63,434 nucleotides of DNA, filler included, from Octopus bimaculoides (GCF_001194135.2; 7 parts of 7 records of this genome joined end to end with filler, not necessarily neighbours in it); one strand, 5' to 3'. Numbered from the whole stretch's first letter, positions 23,266 through 36,711 are shown. Numbers and translations: made by a program. The notes: generated by a model not told the origin, from the letters alone.

Positions 23266-23465
23266 AGTTCATATCCCACCTGTGGTCGACTTCACCCTCT
23301 TGTATTCTTCTTCTCCCCCCTTTTTCTTTTTCTTACTTTTTTTTTTCGCCTCGGGGGTCGATGAAATAAATACCAGAAATGCACTGAAGTCGATTTAATC
23401 GTATGTTCTTCCTCCTCTTTTCAATAAGTCGCTTTTATGTCTGAATTAGAAATTTGTATTATTCG
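23266..23465 (+). mobile_element. Decayed family B SINE interrupted by a pyrimidine tract
   Basis: agttcatatccc...ggtcgacttc...gggggtcgatgaaataaataccag...gtcgatttaatcg. Confidence 0.6.
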
Positions 23466-24137
23466 GCAATTTCTTTTGACAAGTCACCCGACTCCAGTGT
23501 ATATTATGGACGACACTAGAATTTGAATTTCTGAATAGTGAATATATATGTAACAAAAAAGAAAAAAAAATCACACAAACACAGAAAAAAAAATAACTAA
23601 AGACGATATAAAAGTTTCATGGTGTTATGTTTAGGAGTTTATAAAGAATTTCCTCCGTACGCTTACTTTAAGTGCGTAGCCGTGGGGCGTTTGAACTATT
23701 TTTTCTTATCGGATTCCGCATCTTCATTTCACAGGGCATTCAACTCAATTATGGTCTTTGAAAGTGAGATAGACTCTCCTTGAGGCAAACCTGAGTTTCT
23801 TTCTGAAATAGGCGCTTTGGCAAACGATTAGTAATAGTGTATGGATGAATTATATGTGTGTGTATGTGTGTATGTGTGTGTGTGTATGTGTGAGTGGTTA
23901 CTGTGTATTGGGGTGTATGTGTGTGTAAGAGAGACAGGGTGGAACAGAGAGTGTGTAGAAATGAGAGAGAGAGAGAGAGTGATGTATGCTTCTTGTAAAG
24001 TTCAGTTGAGGATTGAGTCAGCCATTGCAAAAGCATGGTATGGATTGAGCTATTAAGACACACAAGTGCATACGCCTACACCCATATACACATACACACA
24101 CACACACAAACACATATATATGTATGTATGTATTATG

Positions 24138-24174
<37 letters not shown>

Positions 24175-24218
24175 NNNNNNNNNNNNNNNNNNNNNNNNNN
24201 NNNNNNNNNNNNNNNNNN

Positions 24219-24230
24219 TTAATTAATTAA
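24219..24230. other. Artificial scaffold-join spacer TTAATTAATTAA (also at 32531-32542, 36990-37001, 50740-50751, 56386-56397, 60890-60901)
   Basis: Identical 12-mer with stops in all six frames, centred in a 100-bp 44N+12+44N block, six times. Confidence 0.95.
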
Positions 24231-24274
24231 NNNNNNNNNNNNNNNNNNNNNNNNNNNNNNNNNNNNNNNNNNNN

Positions 24275-27200
24275 TACGTGCATACGCACGTTCGTTCATT
24301 CCTACGTACGTTCGTTCGTTCGTTTGTCCTTACGTTTTTACGTGCGTACGGTCGTTCGTTCGTACTTAGATACTTACTATCGTTTTGTCGTTATTTCTTT
24401 CGTTCTTTTGTTCGTTAGATCGTACGAATGTACGTTCGTTCGTTCGTACTCACGTACGTTCGTTCGTTCGTGCTCACGTACGTTCGTGCGTTCGCACACA
24501 CGTACGTTCGTTCATTCAATCTTTCGTTCTTTCGTTCGATCGTTTCGTTCGTTCTTTTGTTCCTTCGTTCGATAATTTCATCATTTGATCCTTCCTTCGT
24601 TCGTTCTATTCTACGTATGTACGTACGTTCGTTATTTCGATGGTTCGTTCGTTGGCTCGTTCGTTCATTCGTTCATTCCTACGTAGTTCGTAATTACGTT
24701 CGTTCGTTCGTAATTATGTACGTTCGAAGGAACAAGAGAACGAACGAAAGAAAGAACGTACGTACGTAATAACGATCGTTTGATCGCACTGACGTACGTA
24801 CGTTCTTTCTTTTATTCGTACGTTCGATTGTTCGTTCGTTCGCTCGTACGTACCTTCATTCGTTCGTTCGTTCGTTCGTACGTACGTACTTTCGTTCGTT
24901 CTTTTGTTCCTTCGAACGAACAATCGAACGTACGACTAAAAGAAAGAACGTACGTACGTCAGTACGATCAAACGAACGTTATTACGTACGTACATTCTTT
25001 CTTTCGTTCGTTCGATCGTTCGTTCGATCGTTAGATCGTTCGTTCTTGCGTACGTACGATCGTTCTTTCGTACGTACTTATGCTCGTTCGTTCGTTCCTA
25101 CGTACGTTCGTTCGTTCGTTCGTCCTTACATTTGTACGTATGTTCGTTCATTCGTACTTACGTACTTACTTTCGTTTTGTCGCTATTTCTTTCGTTCGTT
25201 TGTTCGTTAGATCGAACGAACGTACGTTCCTTCGTTCGTACTCACGTAGGTTCTTTCTTTCGATCTTTCGTTCTTTCGTTCGATCGTTCGTACGTTCGTA
25301 CGTTCGTTTGTTCGTACTCACGTACGTTCGTTTGTTCGTACTCACGTACGTTCGTTCGTTCGTATGCACGTACGTTCGTTCGTTCAATCTTTCGTCGCAA
25401 TTTCTTTCGTTCGTCTGTTCGTTAGATCGTACGTATGTACGTTCGTTCGTTCGTACTCACGTACGATCGTTCGTTCTTACTCACGTACGTTCGTTTGTTC
25501 GTACTCCCGTACGTTCGTTCGTTCAATCTTTCGTTCTTTCGTTCGATATTTCGTTCGTTCTTTTGTTCCTACGTTCCATCATTTCATCGTTTGATCCTTC
25601 CTTCGTTCGTTCTATTCTACGTACGTACGTTCGTTATTTCGATGGTTCGTTCGTTCATTCGCTCGTTCGTTGGCTCGTTCGTTCATTCGTTCTTTCCTAC
25701 GTACGTTAGTAATTACGTTCGTTCGTTCGTAATTACGTACGTTCGAAGGAACAAAAGAACGAACGAAATTACGTTCGTACGAACGAACGATCGAACGAAC
25801 GAATGAAGGTACGTACGAGCGAACGAACGAACAATCGAACGTACGAATAAAAGAAAGAACGTACGTACGTTAGTACGATCAAACGAACGTTATTACGTAC
25901 GTCCGTTCTTTCTTTCGTTCGTTGGATCGTTCGTTCGATCGTTAGATCGTTCGTTCTTACGTACGTACGATCGTTCTTTCGTACGTACTTACGCACTTTC
26001 GTTCGTTCCAACGTACGTTCGTTCCAACGTACGTTCGTTCCAACGTACGTTCGTTCGTTCGTTCGTCCTTACGTTTGTACGTGCCTACGTTCGTTCGTTC
26101 GTTCGTACGTACGTATGTTCGTTTATTCGTTTTTACATACTTACTATCGATTTGTCGCTATTTCTTTCGTTCGTTTGTTCGTTAGATCATACGAATGTAC
26201 GTTCGTTCGTTCGTACTCACGTACGTTCGTTCGTTCAATCTTTCGTTCTTTCATTCGATCGTTCGTTCGTTCTTTTCTTCCTTCGTTCGATCATTTCATC
26301 GTTTGATCCTTCCTTCGTTCGTTCTATCCTACGTACGTACTTTCGTTATTTCGATGGTTCGTTCGTTCATTCGCTCGTTCGTTGGCTCGTTCGTTCATTC
26401 GTTCGTTCCTACGTACGTTCGTTCGTTCGTTCGTCCTTACGTTTGAACGTNNNNNNNNNNACGTACGAGCAAACGAACGAACAATCGAACGTACGAATAA
26501 AAGAAAGAACGTACGTACGTTAGTACGATCAAACGAACGTTATTACGTACGTCCGTTCTTTCTTTCGTTCGTTGGATCGTTCGTTCGATTGTTAGATCGT
26601 TCGTTCTTACGTACGTACGATCGTTCTTTCGTACGTACTTACGCACGTTCGTTCGTTCCTACGTACGTTCGTTCGTTCGTTCGTCCTTACGTTTGAACGT
26701 GCGTACGTTCGTTCGTTCTTTCGTTCGTTCGTACGTACGTATGTTCTTTCATTCGTACTTACATACTTACTATCGTTTTGTCGCTATTTCTTTCGTTCGT
26801 TCGTTCGTTAGATTGTACGAATTTACGTTCGTTCGTTCGTACTCACGTACGTTCGTTCGTTCAATCTTTCTTTCTTTCATTCGATCGTTCGTTCGTTCTT
26901 TTGTTCCTTCGTTCGATCATATCATCGTTTGATCCTTCCTTCGTTCGTTCGATTCTACGTACGTACTTTCGTTATTTCGATGGTTCGTTCGTTCATTCGC
27001 TCGATCGTTGGCTCTTTCGTTCATTCGTTCGTTCCTACGTACGTTCGTAATTACGTTCGTTCGTTCGTAATTACGTACGTTCGAAGAAACAAAAGAATGA
27101 ACGAAAGTACGTACGTACGAACGAACGAACGAATGAAGGTACGTACGAGCGAACGAACGAACAATCGAACGTACGAATAAAAGAAAGAACGTACGTACGT

Positions 27201-30200
27201 CAGTACGATCAAACGAACGCTATTACGTACGTACGTTCTTTANNNNNNNNNNNNNNNNNNNNNNNNNNNNNNNNNNNNNNNNNNNNNNNNNNNNNNNNNN
27301 NNNNNNNNNNNNNNNNNNNNNNNNNNNNNNNNNNNNNNNNNNNNNNNNNNNNNNNNNNNNNNNNNNNNNNNNNNNNNNNNNNNNNNNNNNNNNNNNNNNN
27401 NNNNNNNNNNNNNNNNNNNNNNNNNNNNNNNNNNNNNNNNNNNNNNNNNNNNNNNNNNNNNNNNNNNNNNNNNNNNNNNNNNNNNNNNNNNNNNNNNNNN
27501 NNNNNNNNNNNNNNNNNNNNNNNNNNNNNNNNNNNNNNNNNNNNNNNNNNNNNNNNNNNNNNNNNNNNNNNNNNNNNNNNNNNNNNNNNNNNNNNNNNNN
27601 NNNNNNNNNNNNNNNNNNNNNNNNNNNNNNNNNNNNNNNNNNNNNNNNNNNNNNNNNNNNNNNNNNNNNNNNNNNNNNNNNNNNNNNNNNNNNNNNNNNN
27701 NNNNNNNNNNNNNNNNNNNNNNNNNNNNNNNNNNNNNNNNNNNNNNNNNNNNNNNNNNNNNNNNNNNNNNNNNNNNNNNNNNNNNNNNNNNNNNNNNNNN
27801 NNNNNNNNNNNNNNNNNNNNNNNNNNNNNNNNNNNNNNNNNNNNNNNNNNNNNNNNNNNNNNNNNNNNNNNNNNNNNNNNNNNNNNNNNNNNNNNNNNNN
27901 NNNNNNNNNNNNNNNNNNNNNNNNNNNNNNNNNNNNNNNNNNNNNNNNNNNNNNNNNNNNNNNNNNNNNNNNNNNNNNNNNNNNNNNNNNNNNNNNNNNN
28001 NNNNNNNNNGATTCTACGTACGTACTTTCGTTATTTCGATGGTTCGTTCGTTCATTCGCTCGATCGTTGGCTCTTTCGTTCATTCGTTCGTTCCTACGTA
28101 CGTTCGTAATTACGTTCGTTCGTTCGTAATTACGTTCGTTCGAAGGAACAAAAGAACGAACGAAAGTACGTACGTACGAACGAACGAACGAACGAACGAA
28201 TGAAGGTACGAACGATCGAACGAACGAACAATCGAACGTACGAATAAAAGAAAGAACGTACGTACGTCAGTACGATCAAACGAACGCTATTACGTACGTA
28301 CGTTCTTTATTTTGTTCGTTCGATTGTTCGTTCGATCGTTAGATCGTTCGTTCTTACGTATGTACGATCGTTCTTTCGTACCTACTTACGCACGTTCGTT
28401 CGTTCCTACGTACGTTCGTTCGTTCGTTCGTTCGTCCTTACGTTTGTACGTGCGTACGTTCGTTCGTACGTACGTACGTACGTACGTACGAACGTACGTA
28501 TGTTCGTTCGTTCGTACTTACATACTTACTATCGTTTTGTCGCAATTTCTTTCGTTCGTTTGCTCGTTAGATCGTACGTATGTACGTTCGTTCGTTCGTA
28601 CTCACGTACGTTCGTTCGTACGTACTCACGTACGTTCGTTCGTTCAATCTTTCGTTCTTTCGTTCGATCGTTCGTTCGTTCTTTTGTTCCTACGTTCGAT
28701 CATTTCATCGTTCGAAGGAACAAAAGAACGAACGAAAGTACGTACGTACGTACGAACGTACGAACGAATGTAGTTACGTATGAGCGAACGAACGAACAAT
28801 CGAACGTACGAATAAAAGAAAGAACGTACGTACGTCAGAACGATCAAACGAACGTACTACGTTCTTTATTTCGTTCGATCGTTCGTTCGATCGTTAGATC
28901 GTTCGTTCTTACGTACGTACGATCGTTCTTTCGTACGTACTTACGCGCGTTCGTTCGTTCCTATGTACGTTCGTTCGTTCGTCCTTACGTTTGTGCGTGC
29001 ATACGATCGTTCGTTCGTTCGTACATAAGTACGAACGTACGTATGTCCGTTTATTCATACTTACATACTTACAATCGTTTTGTCTCTATTTCTTTCGTTC
29101 GTTCGTTCGTACTCACGTACGTTCGTTCGTTCAATCTTTCGTTCTTTCGTTCGTTCGTTCTTTTGTTCCTTCGTTCGATCATTTCATCGTTTGATCCTTC
29201 CTTCGTTCGTTCTATTCTACGTACCTACGTACGTTCGTTATTTCGATGATTCGTTCGTTCCTTCGCTCGTTCGTTGGCTCGTTCGTTCATTCGTTCGTTC
29301 CTACGTACGTACGAACGAACGACCGAACGAACGAACGAATGAAGGTACGTATGAGCGAACGAACGAAAAATCGAACGTACGAATAAAAGAAAGAACGTAC
29401 GTACGTCAGTACGCTCAAATGAACGAACGTTCTTTCTTNNNNNNNNNNNNNNNNNNNNNNNNNNNNNNNNNNNNNNNNNNNNNNNNNNNNNNNNNNNNNN
29501 NNNNNNNNNNNNNNNNNNNNNNNNNNNNNNNNNNNNNNNNNNNNNNNNNNNNNNNNNNNNNNNNNNNNNNNNNNNNNNNNNNNNNNNNNNNNNNNNNNNN
29601 NNNNNNNNNNNNNNNNNNNNNNNNNNNNNNNNNNNNNNNNNNNNNNNNNNNNNNNNNNNNNNNNNNNNNNNNNNNNNNNNNNNNNNNNNNNNNNNNNNNN
29701 NNNNNNNNNNNNNNNNNNNNNNNNNNNNNNNNNNNNNNNNNNNNNNNNNNNNNNNNNNNNNNNNNNNNNNNNNNNNNNNNNNNNNNNNNNNNNNNNNNNN
29801 NNNNNNNNNNNNNNNNNNNNNNNNNNNNNNNNNNNNNNNNNNNNNNNNNNNNNNNNNNNNNNNNNNNNNNNNNNNNNNNNNNNNNNNNNNNNNNNNNNNN
29901 NNNNNNNNNNNNNNNNNNNNNNNNNNNNNNNNNNNNNNNNNNNNNNNNNNNNNNNNNNNNNNNNNNNNNNNNNNNNNNNNNNNNNNNNNNNNNNNNNNNN
30001 NNNNNNNNNNNNNNNNNNNNNNNNNNNNNNNNNNNNNNNNNNNNNNNNNNNNNNNNNNNNNNNNNNNNNNNNNNNNNNNNNNNNNNNNNNNNNNNNNNNN
30101 NNNNNNNNNNNNNNNNNNNNNNNNNNNNNNNNNNNNNNNNNNNNNNNNNNNNNNNNNNNNNNNNNNNNNNNNNNNNNNNNNNNNNNNNNNNNNNNNNNNN

Positions 30201-32486
30201 NNNNNNNNNNNNNNNNNNNNNNNNNNNNNNNNNNNNNNNNNNNNNNNNNNNNNNNNNNNNNNNNNNNNNNNNNNNNNNNNNNNNNNNNNNCGTTCGTTCG
30301 TTCGTTCGTTCGTTCGTTCGTACGCACGTACTTCCTTTCGTTCTTTTGTTCCTTCGAACGTACGTAATTACGAACGAACGAACGTAATTACGAACGTACG
30401 TAGGAATGAACGAATGAACGAACGAGCCAACGAACGAGCGAATGAACGAACGAACCATCGAAATAGCGAACGTACGTACGTAGAATAGAACGAACGAAGG
30501 AAGGATCAAACGATGAAATGATCGAACGAAGGAAGAAAAGAACGAACGAACGATCGAACGAAAGAACGAACGTACGTGAGTATGAATGAACGAACGTACG
30601 TGAGTACGAACGAACGTACGTGAGTACGAACGAACGAACATACGTGAGTACGAACGAACGAACGTACATTCGTACGATCTAACGAATAAACGAACGTAAG
30701 AAATAGCGACAAAACGATAGTAAGTATGTAAGTACGAATGAACGAATATACGTACGTTCGTACGTACGTACGTACGAACGAACGAACGCACGTACAAACG
30801 TAAGGACGAACGAAAGAACGAACGTACGTAGGAACGAACGAACGTGCGTAAGTACGTACGGAAGAACGATCGTACGTACATAAGAAGGATCGATCTAACG
30901 ATCGAACGAACGAAAGAAAGAACGTACGTACGTAATAAAGTTTTATCGTACTGACGTACGTACGTTCTTTCTTTTATTTGTTCGTTCGATTGTTCGTTCG
31001 TTCGTTCGTACGTACGTACTTTCGTTCGTTCTTTTGTTCCTTCAAACGTACGTAATTACGAACGAGCGAACGTAATTACGAACGTACGTAGGAACGAACG
31101 AATGAACGAACGAGCCAACGAACGAGCGAATGAACGAACGAACCATCGAAATAACGAACTACGTACATAGAATAGAACGAACGAAGGAAGGATCAAACGA
31201 TGAAATGATCGAAGGAAGGAACAAAAGAACGAACGAACGATCGAACGAAAGAACGAAAGATTGAACGAACGAACGTACATTCGTACGATCTAACGAACAA
31301 ACGAACGAAAGAAATAGCGACAAAACGATAGTAAGTATGTAAGTACGAATGAACGAATATACGTACGTTCGTTCGTAAGTACGTACGAACGAACGAACGA
31401 ACGAACGAACGCACGTACAAACGCAAGGACGAACGAAAGAACGAACGTACGTTGGAACGAACGAACGTGCGTAAGTACGTACGAAAGAACGATCGTAAGT
31501 ACGTAAGAACGATCGTAAGTACGTAAGAACGAACGATCTAACGATCGAACGAAAGATCCAACGAAAGAAAGAACGTACGTACTTAATAACGTTCGTTTGA
31601 TCATACTGACGTACGTATTGTTCTTTCTTTTATTCGTACGTTCGATTGTTCGTTCGTTCGCTCGTACATACCTTCATTCGTTCGCTCGTACATACCTTCA
31701 TTCGTTCGCTCGTTCGTTCGTTCGTACGTACGTACTTTCGTTCGTTCTTTTCTTCCTTCGAACGTACGAAATTACGAACGAACGAACGTAATTACGAACG
31801 TACGTAGGAACGAACGAATGAACGAACGAGTCAACGAACGAGCGAATGAACGAACAAACCATCGAAATAACGAACGTACGTACGTACGTAGAATAGAACG
31901 AACGAAGGAAGGATCAAACGATGAAATGATCGAACGAAGGAACAAAAGAACGAAGGAGCAAAAGAACGACCGATCGATCGAACGAAAGAACGAAAGATTG
32001 AACGAACGAACGTACGTGAGTACGAACGAACGAACGTACATTCGTACGATCTAACGAACAAACGAACGAAAGAAATAGCGACAAAACGATAGTAAGTATG
32101 TAAGTACGAATGAACGAACATACGTACGTCCGTACGTACGTACGTATGAACGAACGAACGAACGTACGCACGTACAAACGTAAGGACGAACGAACGAACG
32201 AACGTACGTAGGAACGAACGAACGTGCGTAAGTACGTACGAAAGAACGATCGCACGTACGTAAGAACGAACGATCTAACGATCGAACGAACGATCCAACG
32301 AACGAAAGAAAGAACGTAAGTACGTAATAACGTTCATTTGATCGTACTGACGTACGTACGTTCTTTCATTTATTCGTACGTTCGATTGTTCGTTCATTCG
32401 CTCGTACGTACCTTCATTCGTTCGTTCGTTCGTTCGTTCGTACGTACGTACTTTCGTTCGTTCTTTTGTTCCTTCGAACGTACGTA
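24275..32486. repeat. Complex CpG-periodic satellite built of CGTT/CGTA/CGAA/CGAT tetramers, with a higher-order unit and inverted segments
   Basis: Landmark tacttactatcgttttgtcgctatttc recurs at about 24370, 25161, 26136, 26762, 28521 and 29064 (+), and as gaaatagcgacaaaacgatagtaagta at 30700, 31311 and 32072 (-). Confidence 0.95.
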
Positions 32487-32612
32487 NNNNNNNNNNNNNN
32501 NNNNNNNNNNNNNNNNNNNNNNNNNNNNNNTTAATTAATTAANNNNNNNNNNNNNNNNNNNNNNNNNNNNNNNNNNNNNNNNNNNNTTTGTATGTATGTA
32601 TGTATGTATGTA

Positions 32613-33577
32613 TTAGGTTGTTCCCAAAATAATGGCCAATTTTAGAAGCATAATTTTATTCTGGAAAAATTAACAATAGAAATGTTTTGATTAGTCAAAA
32701 TATGAGCTGTGAACATCTATGCATCTCTGCCATCGATCAACGAGATTATTTATGCCTTGTTAATAAAAACTTATTGGCTTTGATGCAAAGAAACCTTTGA
32801 AAGCTGATTCCACCTCTGGTTTGGACCTGAAAGTTTTATCACTTAAAAACATGTTTAAATGCTTAAAAAAATAGTACTTAGTGGGTGGAAGATCAGGAGA
32901 ATATGGAGGATGTGGTAAAGTCTCGTATCCCAAGTCTGTGAGTTTCTATAGCGTCATTCTTGCAACATGTGGCTTTACATTATCATGGAGCAGAATTGGT
33001 CCATGCTGATTCACCAATGCAGATCTCATTTTTTGCAAGTGAGCATGCATTTCAGCAAGTTTATTGCAATAAACCTCTGCTGTAATGCTCTGATTGGCTT
33101 CTAGAAATCTGTAATGGACAATACTAATTGCCGACCACCAGACAGTCACCATAATCTTTTGCTGATGCAACTTTGGCTTTGGGAAATGTTTGGGGGACTC
33201 ATCATGATCAAACCATTGACCTGACCATTTACGATTATCATAAATGATCTCCTTTTCGTCACATGTGACTATTTAGTCAAGAAAAGAAGCATTGGTGTCT
33301 TGCAGAAGGAGCATCAAGCACACTTCAAAATGCTGAAATTTTTTATTATCATTGAGCTCTTGTGGGACCCATTTATCAAGCATTTTCCCCTTACCAATCT
33401 TCTGCAGATTGAATGAGACCATTGCAATACTTTATTCAAGTGCCTGAGAAATTTCTCTGTCACTTTGCTTTCAATTGTTCATTGTCAAGACTGCATGACC
33501 ATCCTCTACCTTCTTCATCTTCAAGGCTCTCATCCCCACTATGGAATTTCTGAAACCACCTTCGTACTGTACAATCA
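32613..33577 (-). mobile_element. Mariner (Hsmar1-like) transposon, 5' truncated, with a decayed D,D34D transposase
   Basis: TA followed by TIR ttaggttgttcccaaaataatggcc. Minus-strand motifs include TVRRWFQKFHSGDESLEDEEGRG, IVTCDEK, KIMVTVWWS, ILLHDNVKPH and HPPYSPDLPP...RWQRCID. In-frame stops present. Confidence 0.92.
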
Positions 33578-34267
33578 AGGAAATGTTAAAATTAGAATAT
33601 GGGTATGAATCAATGGGAAACTATAGGTGATTCAGTAATACTCTCAAAATCACACACCAGATGACATGTGAGTACACAACTATTGCTGGGAAATATTTAT
33701 ATAACAATATGTATAATATGGAAAACACCGCAACAAATAGTTGCTACTAATGCACAGGAGCAATTGTTGTGATCTGAATTAAAGCCTATTCATTCTATCT
33801 TCTGGTATTATAAACTCTCTATACACTAATGCAAAGGTTCTCAACCCATTTTGGCCAAAAGCCCTCTTTTGACCTTTGAAGTCAAAATATTTTATTTTTC
33901 AATATACTACTTATTTTGATATCAGCAGATTATGATAAAAAAATAAAGAATGTCATTTTACATATGCACTTGTAAACAGTCGGAAGTACAGATGTACAAA
34001 TTGAAATGCAAAAATAATGAATTGAAAGTTTGGTAATTGCGTTTATTATCATCATGCAAAACCAATTGATAAGATTAGCTGTAATGGATCTATAATATTG
34101 TATACTTTGATTAATATACCCGCTCTGTTGACAAATATACTAATGTCTATTTTTACTGACTTATGGATTCTTAGACTATGGTGCATGCATGTATGTATGT
34201 ATGTATGTATGTATGTATGTATGGATGGATGTTTGCATGCATGCAGGCATGTATGTAATAATGTTCA

Positions 34268-34657
34268 TCTGTTGTTGTTGTTCATGATGATCAGAGACAT
34301 CACATGGGAGAAGACGATGGGTCACAGTGCACCTCTGTTGGTGTAGCTATGCCAGGCAAGGCAGTCCTGTGCTTGCATTTCACAGGTGTCGTGGTTAATC
34401 TGTAAACACTTCAGTAAGGCTTTGTGTGTATCTTTGAAATGCTTTTCCTGCCACCTTCAGTGTACTGCCTTCTTCCAATTCACTATAAAATAGTCTTTTG
34501 GGTAGTTGTGTATCAGGCATTTGAACAAAGTTGCCAGCCCACCTGACCTACACTCTCCTCAGCAGAGTGTAAGTGCTGGGTAGATCAGCTCGTGGGAAGA
34601 CTTTTGTGTCTGGGACCTTATCTTGGTGGGTGATTTTCAACAGCTTTTTCAGACAAA
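34268..34657 (-). mobile_element. RTE (BovB-like) LINE 3' fragment
   Basis: ICLKKLLKITHQDKVPDTKVFPRADLPSTYTLLRRV*VRWAGNFVQMPDTQLPKRLFYSELEEG, followed by a (CAA)n tail. Confidence 0.9.
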
Positions 34658-34660
34658 TAT

Positions 34661-34733
<73 letters not shown>

Positions 34734-35784
34734 CACGCACGCACACACGCACGCACGCACACGCACACACGCACGCACTTAAAGAAAATTTGAAAGTGGA
34801 ATTAAAGTACAATAGTTATCAATGATATCTAAACAATGCTAGGATTTATTAAACTTAAAAAAAAAATATAACCTCCTGGACATTTCCGTTTCTAGGGATT
34901 GTCAATACTCTTGAATAAAACACACAGGCTAGATGCCAAAGTAGTTAAATGACACTTTGATAGCTTATGTTTTTATTTATCTATTTACTTATGTATTATC
35001 ATTATTCATGTTTCACCAGCTCCTGTCAAACTGTCCAACACATACCTGAATGGAAAATAGATGTTAAGTGGTGATGCACACTCTTATTCTATCTCTTTTC
35101 TGTCTATCTATCTCCCTCTCTTGTTCTTCCCTTCTGTTTATCTCTCCCACCCTTTCCCCATTCTTCTCCTCTCCCCTTCACTGTTCCCTCTCTCTCTCTC
35201 TCTCTCTCACTCTTCTTCCTTGACTCTCTCATTGCTCACACATGACCAATGACCATCCATCTTTCTTTCTTCCACTTCCTTCCTAAAGACAAGATGTGCT
35301 TTTATCTGTCTCTTCTCAAAGCTTGTTTTCCCAGCGTTCACCACTTCACATTATCTTGGCTTAACAGCCCTCACCATTTGTTTTTACTGTTTTGTTCTCA
35401 CTATCCTGCTTTTGTTACCACTATCACCCTCTGCAAAAAATCCCAAATTTTATTTAATTTGCTTTTTGGGAAGGACTGTTTTTAACAAAGTCACGTCTTG
35501 TCCTTACCTTCGAAACGTGGAGTAGATAAAACAGGGGACAACTGATGAAGGGAATGTTCTTCATGTTGCATGTCTCATTTCTCTGTTTGTTTGTTTTTTT
35601 CTGTTATTCGAAAAAAGTTCGTTTTTTATGTTTTTGTTTTTTATGTTCTTGTTTCTCATTTTGTCTATGTTTTTTTGATGTTCTGTACCCATATATGCAT
35701 GTATATATATGTAGGTATGTACATATGCATATATTTATATATTATTTATATTAATATATATATACATATATGTATATATATATA

Positions 35785-35985
35785 TTCTTTTGTTTCAGTC
35801 ATTTGACTGTGGCCATGCGGGAGCACTGCCTTTAGTCAAGCAAATCGACCCCAGGACTTATTCTTTGTAAGCCTAGTACTTATTCTATCAGTCTCTTTTG
35901 CTAAACCACTAGGTTACGGGGATGTAAACACAACAGCATCGGTTGTCAAGCGATGTTGGGTGAGACAAACACACACACACGCACA

Positions 35986-36028
<43 letters not shown>

Positions 36029-36172
36029 TAGTTTCTGTCTACCAAATCCACTCACATGGCTTTGGTTGGCCCAATGCTATAGTAGAAGACACTTACCCAA
36101 GGTGCCACACAGTGGGACTGAGCCCAGGATCATGTGGTTGGTAAGTAAGTTACTTAACACACCAGCCACTCC
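35785..36172 (-). mobile_element. Full-length family D SINE (tRNA head, CORE-like domain, internal TG run, CR1-like tail)
   Basis: Reverse complement: ggagtggctggtgtgttaagtaac...cagtcccactgtgtggcaccttgggtaagtgtcttctac...catcgcttgacaaccgatg...ctccc-gcatggccacagtcaaatgactgaaac. Confidence 0.9.
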
Positions 36173-36304
36173 GAACTATCAATAAATGTGATAAGATATG
36201 AAAATTATACTTCATTATAAAAGCTTAGTGTGTCTTCTTTTTGTTTCAGGCCAAATAAGTTCAAATTTATAAATTAGATAATAGCTATAGACCAAAATAC
36301 AATC

Positions 36305-36612
36305 ATAACCATTCATCAAAGAAGGCAAAAGTATTACAGCTATAGCAAAAGAGCTTAAAATTAACCAAACAACAGTCTGAAAAATTGTCAAGAAATTTCA
36401 ATGAGACTGGTTCCACAGCTGATCAACCAGAACGTGGCAGAAAAAGAAGTGTGCAGACCCCTTAGCATATCAAAAGTAACTGAAAAAAGATATGGCAAAA
36501 TCCTCATTGTTCCATCAGAAAACTAGCTGTCACAGCAAAAATAAACTGAACATTGATGTTTTGAGTGTTGAAGGAGGATCTCAGGATCCATTCCTACAAG
36601 ATGGTCTACTAT
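36305..36612 (+). mobile_element. Tc1/mariner-superfamily transposase N-terminal (HTH) remnant
   Basis: Broken frames give KSITAIAKELKINQTTV*KIVKKF, ETGSTADQPERGRKRSVQTP and NPHCSIRKLA...VLKEDLRIHSYKM. Confidence 0.75.
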
Positions 36613-36711
36613 TATGAGTTCACACAAGTTTATAAGGCCATGAGACTGGAGAGAAGTCGCCCCTTATCCTGCATCAGATTGCTGAAGGCACACTGCCCAA
36701 CCTAGTGTTCA

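Noticed and set aside
24324-32538. Many RSFV/TYVR/NERT-rich ORFs
   Set aside because: These are translations of the tetramer satellite, which is poor in stop codons. No protein-like complexity.
35500-35565. GAAACGT upstream of CTGATGA (possible type II hammerhead)
   Set aside because: The cleavage position would be G, stem I does not form and stem II is poor. At best it is a dead remnant.
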